Shown: positions 1-14,700 of the stretch, piece after piece
Layout: every line of letters starts with the position of its first letter
Numbering within the stretch: the stretch's first letter is position 1
Assembly (NCBI GenBank): GCA_964016885.1
Contig: OZ024740.1
Span: 210,490,001-210,554,000, forward strand
Direction of reading: 5' to 3'
From: Eledone cirrhosa
Lineage: Eukaryota
DNA length: 64,000 nucleotides
Position numbers and translations under genes: made by a program
The notes under the pieces: generated by a model
Told to the model about the DNA's origin: nothing
Database searches by the model: none
The model's input: only the letters and a program-made list of their open reading frames with translations

Positions 1-3000
1 TAAGACATACACATATATATATAGTAAGACATATATACACAGTAAGACATACACATATATACACAGTAAGAGATACACATATATACACAGTAAGACATAC
101 ACATATATACACAGTAAGACATACACATATACAAACAGTAAGACATACACATATATACACAGTAAGACATACACATATATATACACAGTAAGACATACAC
201 ATATATACACAGCAAGACATACACGTATATATACACAGTAAGACATACACATATATATACACAGTAAGACATATACATATATACACAGCAAGACATACAC
301 ATATATACACAGTAAGTCATACACATATATACACAGTAAGACATACACATATATACACAGTAAGACATACACATATATACACAGCAAGACATATACATAT
401 ATATACACAGTAAGACATACACATATATACACAGTAAGACATACACATATACACACAGTAAGACATACACATATATACACAGTAAGACATACACATATAT
501 ACACAGTAAGACATACACATATATACACGGTAAGACATACACATATATACACAGTAAGACATACACATATATACACAGTAAGACATACACATATATACAC
601 AGTAAGACATACACATATATACACAGTAAGTCATACACATATATACACAGTAAGACATACACATATATACACAGTAAGACATACACATATATATAAACAG
701 TAAGACATACACATATATATACAGTAAGACATACACATATATACACAGCAAGACATACACATATATACACAGTAAGACATACACATATATACACAGTAAG
801 ACATACAAATGTATACACAGTAAGACATACACATATATATACAGTAAGACATACATATATACACAGTAAGACATACACATATATACACAGTAAGACATGC
901 ACATATATATATAGTAAGACATATATACACAGTAAGACATACACATATATACACAGTAAGACACACACATATATATACACAGTAAGACATACACATATTT
1001 ACACAGTAAGACAAACACATATATACACAGTAAGACATACACATATATACACAGTAAGACATACACTTATATACACAGTAAGACATACACATATATACAC
1101 AGTAAGACATACACATATATACACATTGAGACACACACATATATATACACAGTAAGACATACACATATATACACAGTAAGACATACACTTATATACACAG
1201 TAAGACATACACATATATACACAGTGAGACACACACATATATATACACAGTAAGATATACACATATATACACAGTAAGACATACACATATATACACAGTA
1301 AGACATACACATATATACACAATAAGACATAAACATATATACACAGTAAGACATACACATATATACACAGTAAGACATACACATATATACACAGTAAGAC
1401 ATACACATATATACACAGTAAGACATACACTTATATATAAACAGTAAGACATACACATATATATACAGTAAGACATACACATATATACACAGTAAGACAT
1501 ACACATATATATACAGTAAGACATACACATATATACACAGTAAGACATACACATATATACACAGTAAGACATACAAATATATACACAGTAAGACATACAC
1601 ATATATATACAGTAAGACATATATACACAGTAAGACATACATATATACACAGTAAGACATACACATATATACACAGTAAGACATACACAGATATATATAG
1701 TAAGACATATATACACAGTAAGACATACACATATATACACAGTAAGAGATACACATATATACACAGTAAGACATACACATATATACACAGTAAGACACAC
1801 ACATATATATACACAGTAAGACATACACATATTTACACAGTAAGACATACACATATATACACAGTAAGACATACACATATATACACAGTAAGACATACAC
1901 TTATATACACAGTAAGACATACACTTATATACACAGTAAGACATACACATATATACACATTGAGACACACACATATATATACACAGTAAGACATACACAT
2001 ATATACACAGTAAGACATACACATATATACACAGTAAGACATATACATATATATACAGTAAGACATACATATATATACACAGTAAGACATACACATATAT
2101 ATACACAGTAAGACATACACATATATATACAGTAAGACATACATATATATACACAGTAAGACATACATATATATATACACAGTAAGACATACACATATAT
2201 ACACATTGAGACACACACATATATATACACAGTAAGACATACACTTAAATACACAGTAAGACATACACATATATACACAGTAAGACATACACATATATAT
2301 ACACAGTAAAACATACATATATATACACAGTAAAACACACATATATACACAGTAAGACATACACATATATACACAGTAAGACATACAGATATATATACAC
2401 AGCAAGACATACACATATATATACACAGTAAGTCATACACATATATACACAGTAAGACATACACATATATACACAGTAAGACATACACATATATATACAC
2501 AGTAAGACATACACCTATATACACAGCAAGACATACATATATATACACAGTAAGACATACACATATATACACAGCAAGACATACACATATATATACACAG
2601 TAAGACATACACATATATACACAGTAAGACATACACATATATATACACAGTAAGACATACACATATATACACAGTAAGACATACACATATATACACAGTA
2701 AGACATACACATATATATACAGTAAGACATACACATATATACACAGTGTGACATACACATATATACACAGTAAGACATACACATATAAACACAGTAAGAC
2801 ATACACATATATACACAGTAAGACATACACATATTTACACAGTAAGACATACACATATATATACAGCAAGACATACACATATATATACAGTAAGACATAC
2901 ACATATATACACAGTAAGACATACACATATATACATAGTAAGACATACACATATTTACACAGTAAGACATACACATATATATACACAGTAAGAAACACAT

Positions 3001-3722
3001 ATATACACAGTAAGACATACACATATATATACAGCAAGACATACAAATATATACACAGTAAGACATACACATATATACACAGTAAGACATACACATATAT
3101 ACACAGTAAGACATACACATATTTACACAGTAAGACATACACATATATACACAGTAAGATATACACATATATACACAGTAAGACATACACATATATACAT
3201 AGTAAGACATACACACACATATATACACAGTAAGACATACACATATATATACACAGTAAGACATACACATATATACACAGCAAGACATACACATATATAC
3301 ACAGCAAGACACACATATATACACAGTAAGACACACATATATACACAGTAAGACATACACATATATACACAGTAAGACATACACACATATATACACAGTA
3401 AGACATACACATATATACACAGTAAGACATACACATATATACACAGCAAGACATACATATATATATACACAGTAAGACATACACATATATACACAGTAAG
3501 ACATACACATATATACACAGTAAGACATACACATATATACACAGCAAGACATACACATATATACACAGCAAGACATACACATATATACACAGTAAGACAT
3601 ACACATATATACACAGTAAGACATACACATATATACACAGTAAGACATACACATATATACACAGTAAGACATACACATATATACACAGTAAGACATACAC
3701 ATATATACACAGTAAGACATAG
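1..3722. repeat. 24-bp minisatellite array (acagtaagacatacacatatatac)n, runs off the left edge
   Basis: About 150 tandem copies with +/- TA slippage variants; accounts for all YVYVLLCI/MCMSYCV ORFs. Confidence 0.97.
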
Positions 3723-4049
3723 ACATTAACACACATACAATAACTGACTTTCACATATATTCTGTAACACACACACAATCTTGGTGACAGTTTTCCAATT
3801 AAAGTCAACTCTGGTTACTTAGCAACAGAACATATTGTCATGGAAACTGAAGTTTTGAAACACAAGGTGGTGGTGGTGAAGAAGGAGGGTATATAAGAGG
3901 AATACCCCTACCACACATGCACCTCATACTACACACACATACATATAGATGTACCATACACACTACACACACATACATATAGATGTACCATACACACTAC
4001 ACACACACACTCTGCTCCATTCAATATATATAAAAATTGTTTCTGTCTG

Positions 4050-5755
4050 TCTGTCCCCTTTACTCATGTCTGCCTCTCCATAATGATGTAACTGTCCGTC
4101 CGCCCTCTTTCCTCATCTGTACCTCTCTATAATGATGTAACTGTCTGTGTCTCCTTTCCTCATCTGTACCTCTCCTTAGTGATGTAACTGTCTGTCTGTC
4201 TGTCCCCTTTCCTCATGTGTACCTCTCTGTCTGTCCCCTTTCCTCATGTGTACCTCTCCATAGTGATGTAACTGTCTGTCTGTCGCCTTTCCTCATGTGT
4301 ACCTCTCCACAGTGATGTAACTGTCTGTCTGTCTCCTTTCCTCATCTGTACCTCTCCATAATGATGTAACTGTGTCTGTCCCCTTTCCTCATCTCTACCT
4401 CTCCATAATGATGTAACTGTCTGTCTATCTGTCCCCTTTCCTCATCTGTACCTCTCCATAATGATGTAACTGTCTATCTGTCCCCTTTCCTCATCTGTAC
4501 CTCTCCATAATGATGTAACTGTCTGTCTGTCTGTCCCCTTTCCTCATGTGTACCTCTCCATAGTGATGTAACTGTCTGTCTGTCCCCTTTCCTCATCTGT
4601 ACCTCTCTATAGTGATGTAACTGTCTGTATGTCCCCTTTCCTCACCTGTACCTCTCCCTAATGATGTAACTGTCTGTCTGTCCCCTTTCCTCACCTGTAC
4701 CTCTCCCTAATGATGTAACTGTCTGTCTGTCTGCTTTCCTCATTTGTACCTCTCCCTAATGATGTAACTGTCTGTCTGTCCCCTTTCCTCACCTGTACCT
4801 CTCCCTAATGATGTAACTGTCTGTCTGTCTGCTTTCCTCATTTGTACCTCTCCATAATGATGTAACTGTCTGTCTGTCCCCTTTCCTCATGTGTACCTCT
4901 CCATAATGATGTAACTGTCTGTCTGTCCCCTTTCCTCATGTGTACCTCTCTATAATGATGTAACTGTCTGTCTGTCCCCTTTCCTCATGTGTACCTCTCT
5001 ATAATGATGTAACTGTCTCTCTGTCCCCTTTCCTCATCTGTACCTCTCCATAATGATGTAACTGTCTGTCTGTCCCCTTTCCTCATATGCACCTCTCCAT
5101 AGTGATGTAACTGTCTGTCTGTCCCCTTTCCTCATCTGTACCTCTCTATAATGATGTAACTGTCTGTATGTCCCCTTTCCTCATCTGTACCTCTCCCTAA
5201 TGATGTAACTGTCTGTCTGTCCCCTTTCCTCACCTGTACCTCTCCCTAATGATGTAACTGTCTGTCTGTCTGCTTTCCTCATTTGTACCTCTCCATAATG
5301 ATGTAACTGTCTGTCTGTCCCCTTTCTTCATGTGTACCTCTCCATAATGATGTAACTGTCTGTCTGTCCCCTTTCCTCACCTGTACCTCTCCCTAATGAT
5401 GTAACTGTCTGTCTGTCTGCTTTCCTCATTTGTACCTCTCCATAATGATGTAACTGTCTGTCTGTCCCCTTTCCTCATGTGTACCTCTCCATAATGATGT
5501 AACTGTCTGTCTGTCCCCTTTCCTCATGTGTACCTCTCTATAATGATGTAACTGTCTGTCTGTCCCCTTTCCTCATGTGTACCTCTCTATAATGATGTAA
5601 CTGTCTCTCTGTCCCCTTTCCTCATCTGTACCTCTCCATAATGATGTAACTGTCTGTCTGTCCCCTTTCCTCATATGCACCTCTCCATAGTGATGTAACT
5701 GTCTGTCTGTCCCCTTTCCTCATCTGTACCTCTCTATAATGATGTAACTGTCTGT
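4050..5755. repeat. 49-bp minisatellite (tgtaactgtctgtctgtcccctttcctcatgtgtacctctccataatga)n
   Basis: Period 49 (tgtaactgtc at 4861 and 4910); rare variants recur 588 bp apart (catatgcacc at ~5083 and ~5671). Confidence 0.95.
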
Positions 5756-6420
5756 TGGAAGGTGATCTCAGACCTTTCACACAATCCCACTCAATGATCT
5801 CTTATGACTTGCTTATTAACAAAACTGCCAGTTGCCCAGCTCTGGTGGTAGGGTGGTAGGTTAAATGGATAGATTACATAGGTACATAGGGATGTCGGTT
5901 GATGAATGGGTAGATAGGTAGGTGGCGTGGGAAGGAAGATGAAAAGGGAAGGTTAGGTAATGGTACGGTAGGGTGGTAGATGAGGAGAGGATGGTATGGT
6001 AGGAAGGTAAGAAAGGGGAGGTAAGGCGGTGGTAGGGAGGTATCGTGCTGGGTAGTTGGATGGGTAGGTAATTAGGCAAAGAAAGAAGGTAGGTAATAGG
6101 TAGATAGGTAGCAAACTGGAGTTATTGGAGTGTTGGACACAATACCTAGTATTATTTCTTCTAAATCCCACTGAGGTCAACTGTCTTTCATGCACTTTTT
6201 CGTGTATGTGTGTGTGTGATTGGGGGGGGGGGGGTAAACTAAAGTAGCAATCAAGGTTGGTGTATTGATAACAGAAGAATTGTTAGTATGTTAGACTAAA
6301 TGTCTTGAAGTATTTATTTCAGCTGTTAGTGTTCTAAGTTCAAATCCGACTTTGGCCTACTTGGATGATAGATTTAATATGTCAACTGGTTTAACACTAA
6401 CACCTGGTCCTTGAGTGTTT

Positions 6421-6538
6421 TTAACAGGGTTTTATCTGTTGCAAATATTTAAGCCAGCTCTCCAGTTTCAGGATGTTTCCTTTCCCTCCCACCAGTCTTA
6501 GTGACCCTGAAATGGTCATGGGCACAGCCCTTCTCTTT
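6421..6538 (-). CDS. Candidate terminal coding exon of the minus-strand membrane protein gene
   Basis: Strong acceptor (ttttttttcttttttgttgtttaatcag). In phase 2 it continues the 9712 exon as (T)KRRAVPMTISGSLRLVGGKGNILKLESWLKYLQQIKPC*. No homology recognised, and the protein could instead stop at 9708. Confidence 0.35.
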
Positions 6539-7119
6539 CTGATTAAACAACAAAAAAGAAAAAAAAATGTAGGTTGGGTGGTGTGTTAGGTAGGTACCCT
6601 TAGGTACGCGCAGGCTTGGTATGGTCATTGAATCAGGGTACATGGCAGAGACAAAAATAGTCATCGCCACCACCATCACCTCCTTCAATATTTAAACACC
6701 AACGCAGCACCATCAAATAGAACCTTTACATTGGTTGTTTGACTAGTTAAAAATAATAGCAAAATTTCCCTCAAATCACTCCTTAACCCTCATAATAGTG
6801 CCAGACTTACAAAAACACTACACAGGCAATATTTTGGCCTGAAAATATGTAGTTCTATTGTCTGGTCTTGATAATTAAGTCATACTGTTGTTTGCTATAT
6901 AGTAAAACACAAAGGCCATAGCACTAAAATGGTTAAAAAGGAAGGACTGATCAGACATTGTAGAGCATGGTTAAACAAGATGATAAGGTGATCATAGATT
7001 GATCAACCTTCCATCATAAATTGATCAACATGTGATCATAGGTTCATTAACCTTCCATCATAGATTGATCAACCAGTGATCATAAATCTGCTTCATCAGT
7101 GATGTACAGCAATCATTAT

Positions 7120-7300
7120 GATTGGCAGTATCGGTAGAGTGTCGGACGCCATGCTTTCCAGCATAGTTACGTCCCTTTACGATCTGAGTTCAAATCCCGC
7201 CGAGGTTGACTTTGCCTTTCAATGTTACAGGGTCGATAAAATAAAGTACCAGTAATGCACTGGGTAATTGCTGGCCTTGTGCCTAAAGTAGAAACAATTA
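7120..7300 (+). mobile_element. tRNA-derived SINE family A (Meta/MESC-like central domain)
   Basis: A-box-like tggcagtatcgg, B-box gagttcaaatcc, central gactttgcctttca...gggtcgataaaataaagtaccag; near-identical copies at 7488, 8214, 50292 and 53873. Confidence 0.85.
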
Positions 7301-7487
7301 TGAAAGGGTGTCAAATTCATATACTAAGGATGAACGTATCTGTGTGTGTGGGTCTGTGTGTGTGAATGAGTGTGTGTGCATATTCAACCCTTTCATCATC
7401 ATATTTCTAATATAATACACTGTATTTGAATTATTTAATGAAGAATTTGGAAGGATTTACTAAAAAGATGTCTTTTTACTGTACCAA

Positions 7488-7674
7488 TAATTGTTTCTAC
7501 TTTTAGGCACAAGGCCAGCAATTACCCAATGCATTACTGGTACTTTATTTTATCGACCCCGTAAGGATGAAAGGCAAAGTCAACCTCGGCGGGATTTGAA
7601 CTCAGATCGTAAAGGGACGTAACTATGCTGGAAAGCATGGCGTCCGACCTCTACCGATACTGCCGATCTACCGC
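7488..7674 (-). mobile_element. SINE family A, inverted copy
   Basis: Reverse complement of the 7120 and 8214 copies. Confidence 0.87.
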
Positions 7675-8213
7675 ACCAATAATGATAACTATGTATGTTT
7701 CTCCTGCTTGGGATATCTTAATCATTTAAGTGTTGAGAGGTTATCAGGTGGTAAATCAATGTATAGGAGAAATTCTCTTTGCACACTGATATTCTATTTA
7801 TAATTATTTCATTATGAACATGGTATTTGGAACATAAAGGTTCTAAAATAAAAATAATATAGGAATATTTAAATTTAAATAGGAACCCTTTAAAACAAGT
7901 GGTTTTGTTTCATTCGTTTAATATCAACCAGGGTTGATATTAAACGAATGAAAAAATACAGCAATAGATGTGCAGAAGAGGCAAACTTATGTGTGTATGT
8001 GTGTGTGTGTAAGTATATTTAATACACTGCAATAGATGCAAATGTCAAACTCAGATACGAAGGATGATAACACATATGCATGTGTGTGCATGTACATGTG
8101 TGCATATATATATATATATATATATGCACAGATGTACATGAGAGATGTATTAATGAAGACTAGGAGTCTCTCGTTCCACAAAATATATATATATAGTATT
8201 ATTTAAACAGAAG

Positions 8214-8402
8214 GGCGGTGGATTGGCAGTATCGGTAGAGGGTCGGACGCCATGCTTTCCAGCATAGTTACGTCCCTTTACGATCTGAGTTCAAATCCCG
8301 CCGAGGTTGACTTTGCCTTTCATCCTTACGGGGTCGATAAAATAAAGTACCAGTAATGTACTGGGTAATTGCTGGCCTTGTGCCTAAAGTAGAAACAATT
8401 AT
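8214..8402 (+). mobile_element. SINE family A, full length
   Basis: ggcggtggattggcagtatcgg...gaaacaatt; ttatttaaacagaa occurs on both sides, consistent with a target-site duplication. Confidence 0.88.
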
Positions 8403-8435
8403 TTAAACAGAACTTTGATTCATGTATTTTCTATT

Positions 8436-8476
<41 letters not shown>

Positions 8477-9325
8477 GGAACGAGAGACTCCTAGTATTCA
8501 TTAATACATCTCTCTAGGAGAAGGTCACTCTGATATAAAACCTGAGACTTCGTTTACATCCAATAAGGTAGACCAGTTCTTTTGGGGTAAATGCATTTGA
8601 TGTTCAGAGAGTGAGATTGGCCTCGTGCAAAGCCTTTTCCTCACTTAAAAAAGCTCCAAGCACAGGCATCGTTTGATATGTGACATTTTTTGCAATGCAT
8701 GGTATTGCTGGCCATAGGCAAGTCCCTAGAAGGACTAAAAATCTATGTTCGTGATTCTCATGCTTAAGTATCAAGCGATGGCATTACTCTGAATTGAGTT
8801 GCTGCGATGATACATAGCTGCATATATATATCTGACCTTAGTTCTATGATACAAAAGAACCAATTTTAAAGTGTTCATTATGGATAGTGAAAAATTCCAT
8901 CACCATTTTATCTAATTGTTTTTGTTAATTTATTCTCCAAAACACCCGCTTAACACTTTTGGCCCCAACCTGCCCAAAATTGCTTCTGGTTTCATGAAAC
9001 AAAATTATCCATTTTAAAGGGCTGCTACTGTAAAATCTTCCAACATAATTTGATATGAGAATATTTTGTTAATTTACATTATCCAGCATAGAAACCAAGG
9101 CAGAAACAGTTCTGTATGAGGAAGAGCCAGTCATCTGATCTGACTTGTCTCACAATGGGACATCTTGTCTAACCCATGATAGCATGGACGTTAAATGATG
9201 AAGATGATGAATACCAACTTAATATTAAAACAATTAATATTATCAGCAAATCCTAAATTTTTCATTAATTAATCTTACTACAGTGAATTTCATAAAAAAA
9301 TTCCTCCAAATGCTTATTTTCAAAA

Positions 9326-9527
9326 TTAATCCTTTAGCATTTACATTATTCCATATTTACTATTATATTTTAACAGTAAAGGCTTTTCCTCACATAATAT
9401 TGAATCTGTGAGATTTTGATGTTATTTATTTTGAGAACAATACTTTAATGGAGGTATGAGTGGCCAGTTACAGCTGGTTTGAGAGAATTCTGGCCAGATA
9501 TGGCTGGTTTAAATGCTAAAGGGTTAA
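9326..9527. mobile_element. piggyBac-type MITE (TTAA-flanked, ccctttagcattt terminal inverted repeats)
   Basis: ttaa-tcctttagcattta ... taaatgctaaaggg-ttaa; related copies at ~47812-47975 and 51729-52160. Confidence 0.7.
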
Positions 9528-9711
9528 CTGAAACACATTAATTGAGTATTTCATTAGGAATATTATAACAAAACAGTTAAAGTAGAGTAATAGGTATGAA
9601 ATGACGCTAAACTGATGCACAATGGACAAAAACACGTGTATGTCTGAGTGTCATGCACTTAAGTGTGTGTATTTAGGAAGTATTAATGTGAAAAAAAGGT
9701 GTCACACTCAC

Positions 9712-9821
9712 GTGAACATAGCCAAATCTGAGGTCCAACTTTTGGCTGGTGCAATACCATTTGATAATGGAATGATTCCAGTTTCAAAATCAACAGCTAA
9801 GTGATCAGATTCAATAATGGA
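9712..9821 (-). CDS. Exon of single-pass membrane protein, cytoplasmic tail SIIESDHLAVDFETGIIPLSNGIAPAKSWTSDLAMF(T)
   Basis: Acceptor ctatttcag; phase 0 matches the 21648 donor; open for 36 codons; ends at a gtgagt donor, which also reads ACG TGA if unspliced. Confidence 0.72.
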
Positions 9822-10449
9822 CTGAAATAGACATCATCATCATCATTACCACAATGAACAACAACAAAAGCAACTACTACTACTAGAATGCAGCAATATC
9901 AATTAAAACAACAACCACATGAATAACAACTGTTTCTACAATAACAACAACAACAAAACCTACATGAACAACAACAATTACAAGCACATCATTATCAAAT
10001 AGAACAACTATGAGACATGATGGAACCTTTATGTGGCTGACTGACCAGCTAGAAATAGAGCCCAACTAAATCTTACTCAAATCATAGGAAAGATACAGTG
10101 GACAATGTAGTTTTAGATGGCGTACACCTGAATAAAGATGGGGTGGTCACGACTAGAATGTCTTTCCTCATATATGTGCTGAATATCGCTGTTTATTGTG
10201 ACTACTGATCTCATAGTTGTTGTCTAAGATGAGGTGGCTTAGACAACAACTATGAATACAGCTTCACTTGTCTGCTATTTACTATGACTGATATAACAGG
10301 AAACATGTGAAATAACGAATGTGTCTTGCTCAAGGACACAATGTACCACCCAGTCGAAGAACTGAACTCATGACTTTACAATCGAGAGCCCAACACTAAC
10401 CACTAGGCCACATACCTTCGTGACTTATTGTGATTCATCGTCATGTTCC

Positions 10450-11718
10450 TGCAACTGGTGCAGCCAGTTGTTGGGGTGCTACTCTAGATGTGCAACTGGT
10501 ACAGCCAGTCACTGGGGTGCCACCGGTGCCGCCAGTCGTTAGGGTGCCACTGGTGCAGCCAGTTGTTGGGGTTCCACTCTAGATGTGCCACTGGTACAGC
10601 CAGTTGTTGGGGTGCCACTGGTGCAGCCAGTTGTTTGGGTGCCACTCTAGATGTGCCACTGGTACAGCCAGTTGTTTGGGTGCCACTCTAGATGTGCCAC
10701 TGGTGCAGCCAGTTGTTGGGGTGCCACTCTAGATGTGCCACTGGTACAGCCAGTTGTTGGGGTGCCACTCTAGATGTGCCACTGGTGCAGCCAGTTGTTG
10801 GGGTTCCACTCTAGATGTGCCACTGGTGCAGCCAGTTGTTGGGGTGCCACTCTAGATGTGCCATTGGTACAGCCAGTTGTTGGGGTGCCACTCTAGATGT
10901 GCCATTGGTGCAGCCAGTTGTTGGGCTGCCACTCTAGATGTGCCATTGGTACAGCCAGTTGTTGGGGTGCCACTCTAGATGTGCCATTGGTGCAGCCAGT
11001 TGTTGGGCTGCCACTCTAGATGTGCCACTGGTGCAGCCAGTTGTTGGGGTTCCACTCTAGATGTGCCACTGGTGCAGCCAGTTGTTGGGGTTCCACTCTA
11101 GATGTGCCACTGGTGCAGCCAGTTGTTGGGGTTCCACTCTAGATGTGCCACTGGTGCAGCCAGTTGTTGGGGTGCCACTCTAGATGTGCCACTGGTGCAG
11201 CCAGTTGTTGGGGTTCCACTCTAGATGTGCCACTGGTACAGCCAGTTGTTGGGGTGCCACTCTAGATGTGCCACTGGTACAGCCAGTTGTTGGGGTGCCA
11301 CTCTAGATGTGCCACTGGTACAGCCAGTTGTTGGGGTGCCACTCTAGATGTGCCACTGGTACAGCCAGTTGTTGGGGTTCCACTCTAGATGTGCCACTGG
11401 TACAGCCAGTTGTTGGGGTGCCACTCTAGATGTGCCACTGGTACAGCCAGTTGTTGGGGTTCCACTCTAGATGTGCCACTGGTACAGCCAGTTGTTGGGG
11501 TTCCACTCTAGATGTGCCACTGGTACAGCCAGTTGTTGGGGTGCCACTCTAGATGTGCCACTGGTACAGCCAGTTGTTGGGGTTCCACTCTAGATGTGCC
11601 ACTGGTGCAGCCAGTTGTTTGGGTGCCACTCTAGATGTGCCACTGGTACAGCCAGTTGTTGGGGTGCCACTCTAGATGTGCCACTGGTACAGCCAGTTGT
11701 TGGGGTGCCACTCTAGAT
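10450..11718. repeat. 41-bp minisatellite (gccactggtacagccagttgttggggtgccactctagatgt)n
   Basis: Period 41 (tagatg at 10771 and 10812), ~30 copies; joined to the 42-bp array by a ~22-bp linker. Confidence 0.96.
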
Positions 11719-11740
11719 ATGCTCCCTCGACTGTGCCCAG

Positions 11741-14700
11741 ACATTTGAGCTCTGTGTATAGGATGTGTAGCAACCTTCTGAAACATTTGAGCTCTGTGTA
11801 TGGGATGTGTAGCAACCTTCTGAAACATTTGAGCTCTGTGTATGGGATGTGTAGTAACCTTCTGAAACATTTGAGCTCTGTGTATAGGATGTGTAGTAAC
11901 CTTCTGAAACATTTGAGCTCTGTGTATAGGATGTGTAGTAACCTTCTGAAACATTTGAGCTCTGTGTATAGGATGTGTAGCAACCTTCTGAAACATTTGA
12001 GCTCTGTGTATAGGATGTGTAGTAACCTTCTGAAACATTTGAGCTCTGTGTATGGGATGTGTAGTAACCTTCTGAAACATTTGAGCTCTGTGTATAGGAT
12101 GTGTAGTAACCTTCTGAAACATTTGAGCTCTGTGTATAGGATGTGTAGCAACCTTCTGAAACATTTGAGCTCTGTGTATGGGATGTGTAGTAACCTTCTG
12201 AAACATTTGAGCTCTGTGTATAGGATGTGTAGTAACCTTCTGAAACATTTGAGCTCTGTGTATAGGATGTGTAGCAACCTTCTGAAACATTTGAGCTCTG
12301 TGTATAGGATGTGTAGTAACCTTCTGAAACATTTGAGCTCTGTGTATGGGATGTGTAGTAACCTTCTGAAACATTTGAGCTCTGTGTATAGGATGTGTAG
12401 TAACCTTCTGAAACATTTGAGCTCTGTGTATAGGATGTGTAGCAACCTTCTGAAACATTTGAGCTCTGTGTATAGGATGTGTAGTAACCTTCTGAAACAT
12501 TTGAGCTCTGTGTATGGGATGTGTAGTAACCTTCTGAAACATTTGAGCTCTGTGTATAGGATGTGTAGTAACCTTCTGAAACATTTGAGCTCTGTGTATA
12601 GGATGTGTAGCAACCTTCTGAAACATTTGAGCTCTGTGTATAGGATGTGTAGTAACCTTCTGAAACATTTGAGCTCTGTGTATAGGATGTGTAGTAACCT
12701 TCTGAAACATTTGAGCTCTGTGTATAGGATGTGTAGCAACCTTCTGAAACATTTGAGCTCTGTCTATAGGATGTGTAGTAACCTTCTGAAACATTTGAGC
12801 TCTGTGTATGGGATGTGTAGCAACCTTCTGAAACATTTGAGCTCTGTGTATAGGATGTGTAGCAACCTTCAGAAGTACTTGTGCTCTGTGTATGGGATGT
12901 GTAGCAACCTTCTGAAGCACTTGTGCTCTGTGTATGGGAGGTGTAGCAACCTTCTGAAGCACTTGTGCTCTGTGTATGGGATGTGTAGCAACCTTCTGAA
13001 GTACTTGTGCTCTGTGTATGGGATGTGTAGCAACCTTCTGAAACATTTGAGCTCTGTGTATGGGATGTGTAGCAACCTTCTGAAGCACTTGTGCTCTGTG
13101 TATGGGATGTGTAGCAACCTTCTGAAACATTTGTGCTCTGTGTATGGGATGTGTAGCAACCTTCTGAAGCACTTGTGCTCTGTGTATGGGATGTGTAGCA
13201 ACCTTCTGAAGCACTTGTGCTCTGTGTATGGGATGTGTAGCAACCTTCTGAAGCACTTGTGCTCTGTGTATGGGATGTCTAGCAACCTTCTGAAGTACTT
13301 GTGCTCTGTGTATGGGATGTGTAGCAACCTTCTGAAGTACATGTGCTCTGTGTATGGGATGTGTAGCAACCTTCTGAAGCACTTGTACTATGTGTATGGG
13401 ATGTGTAGCAACCTTCTGAAGCACTTGTGTCTGTGTATAGGATGTGTAGCAACCTTCTGAAGCACTTGTGCTCTGTGTATGGGATGTGTAGCAACCTTCT
13501 GAAGCATTTGTGCTCTGTGTATGGGATGTGTAGCAACCTTCTGAAGCATTTGAGCTCTGTGTATAGGAGGTGTAGCAACCTTCTGAAGCATTTGTGCTCT
13601 GTGTATGGGATGTGTAGCAACCTTCTGAAGCACTTGTGCTCTGTGTATGGGATGTGTAGCAACCTTCTGAAGCACTTGTGCTCTGTGTATGGGATGTGTA
13701 GCAACCTTCTGAAGCACTTGTGCTCTGTGTATGGGATGTGTAGCAACCTTCTGAAGTACATGTGCTCTGTGTATGGGAGGTGTAGCAACCTTCTGAAGTA
13801 CTTGTGCTCTGTGTATGGGATGTGTAGCAACCTTCTGAAGCACTTGTGCTCTGTGTATGGGATGTGTAGCAACCTTCTGAAGTACTTGTGCTCTGTGTAT
13901 GGATGTGTAGCAACCTTCTGAAGTACTTGTGCTCTGTGTATAGGATGTGTAGCAACCTTCTGAAGTACTTGTCCTCTGTGTATAGGATGTGTAGCAACCT
14001 TCTGAAGCACTTGTGCTCTGTGTATGGATGTGTAGCAACCTTCTGAAGCATTTGAGCTCTGTGTATGGGATGTGTAGCAACCTTCTGAAGTACTTGTGCT
14101 CTGTGTATGGGATGTGTAGCAACCTTCTGAAGCACTTGTGCTCTGTGTATGGATGTGTAGCAACCTTCTGAAGCACTTGTGCTCTGTGTATGGGATGTGT
14201 AGCAACCTTCTGAAGCACTTGTGCTCTGTGTATGGATGTGTAGCAACCTTCTGAAGTACTTGTGCTCTGTGTATGGATGTGTAGCAACCTTCTGAAGTAC
14301 TTGTGCTCTGTGTATGGGATGTGTAGCAACCTTCTGAAGCATTTGAGCTCTGTGTATGGGATGTGTAGCAACCTTCTGAAGTACTTGTGTTCTGTGTATG
14401 GGATGTGTAGCAACCTTCTGAAGCACTTGTCCTCTGTGTATAGGATGTGTAGCAACCTTCTGAAGCACTTGTCCTCTGTGTATAGGATGTGTAGCAACCT
14501 TCTGAAGCACTTGTGCTCTGTGTATGGGATGTGTAGCAACCTTCTGAAGCACTTGTGCTCTGTGTATGGGATGTCTAGCAACCTTCTGAAGCACTTGTGC
14601 TCTGTGTATGGGATGTGTAGCAACCTTCTGAAGCACTTGTGCTCTGTGTATGGGATGTGTAGCAACCTTCTGAAGCATTTGAGCTCTGTGTATAGGATGT

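Noticed and set aside
317-3808. Many Cys/Tyr/Val-rich ORFs
   Set aside because: Artefacts of the 24-bp minisatellite.
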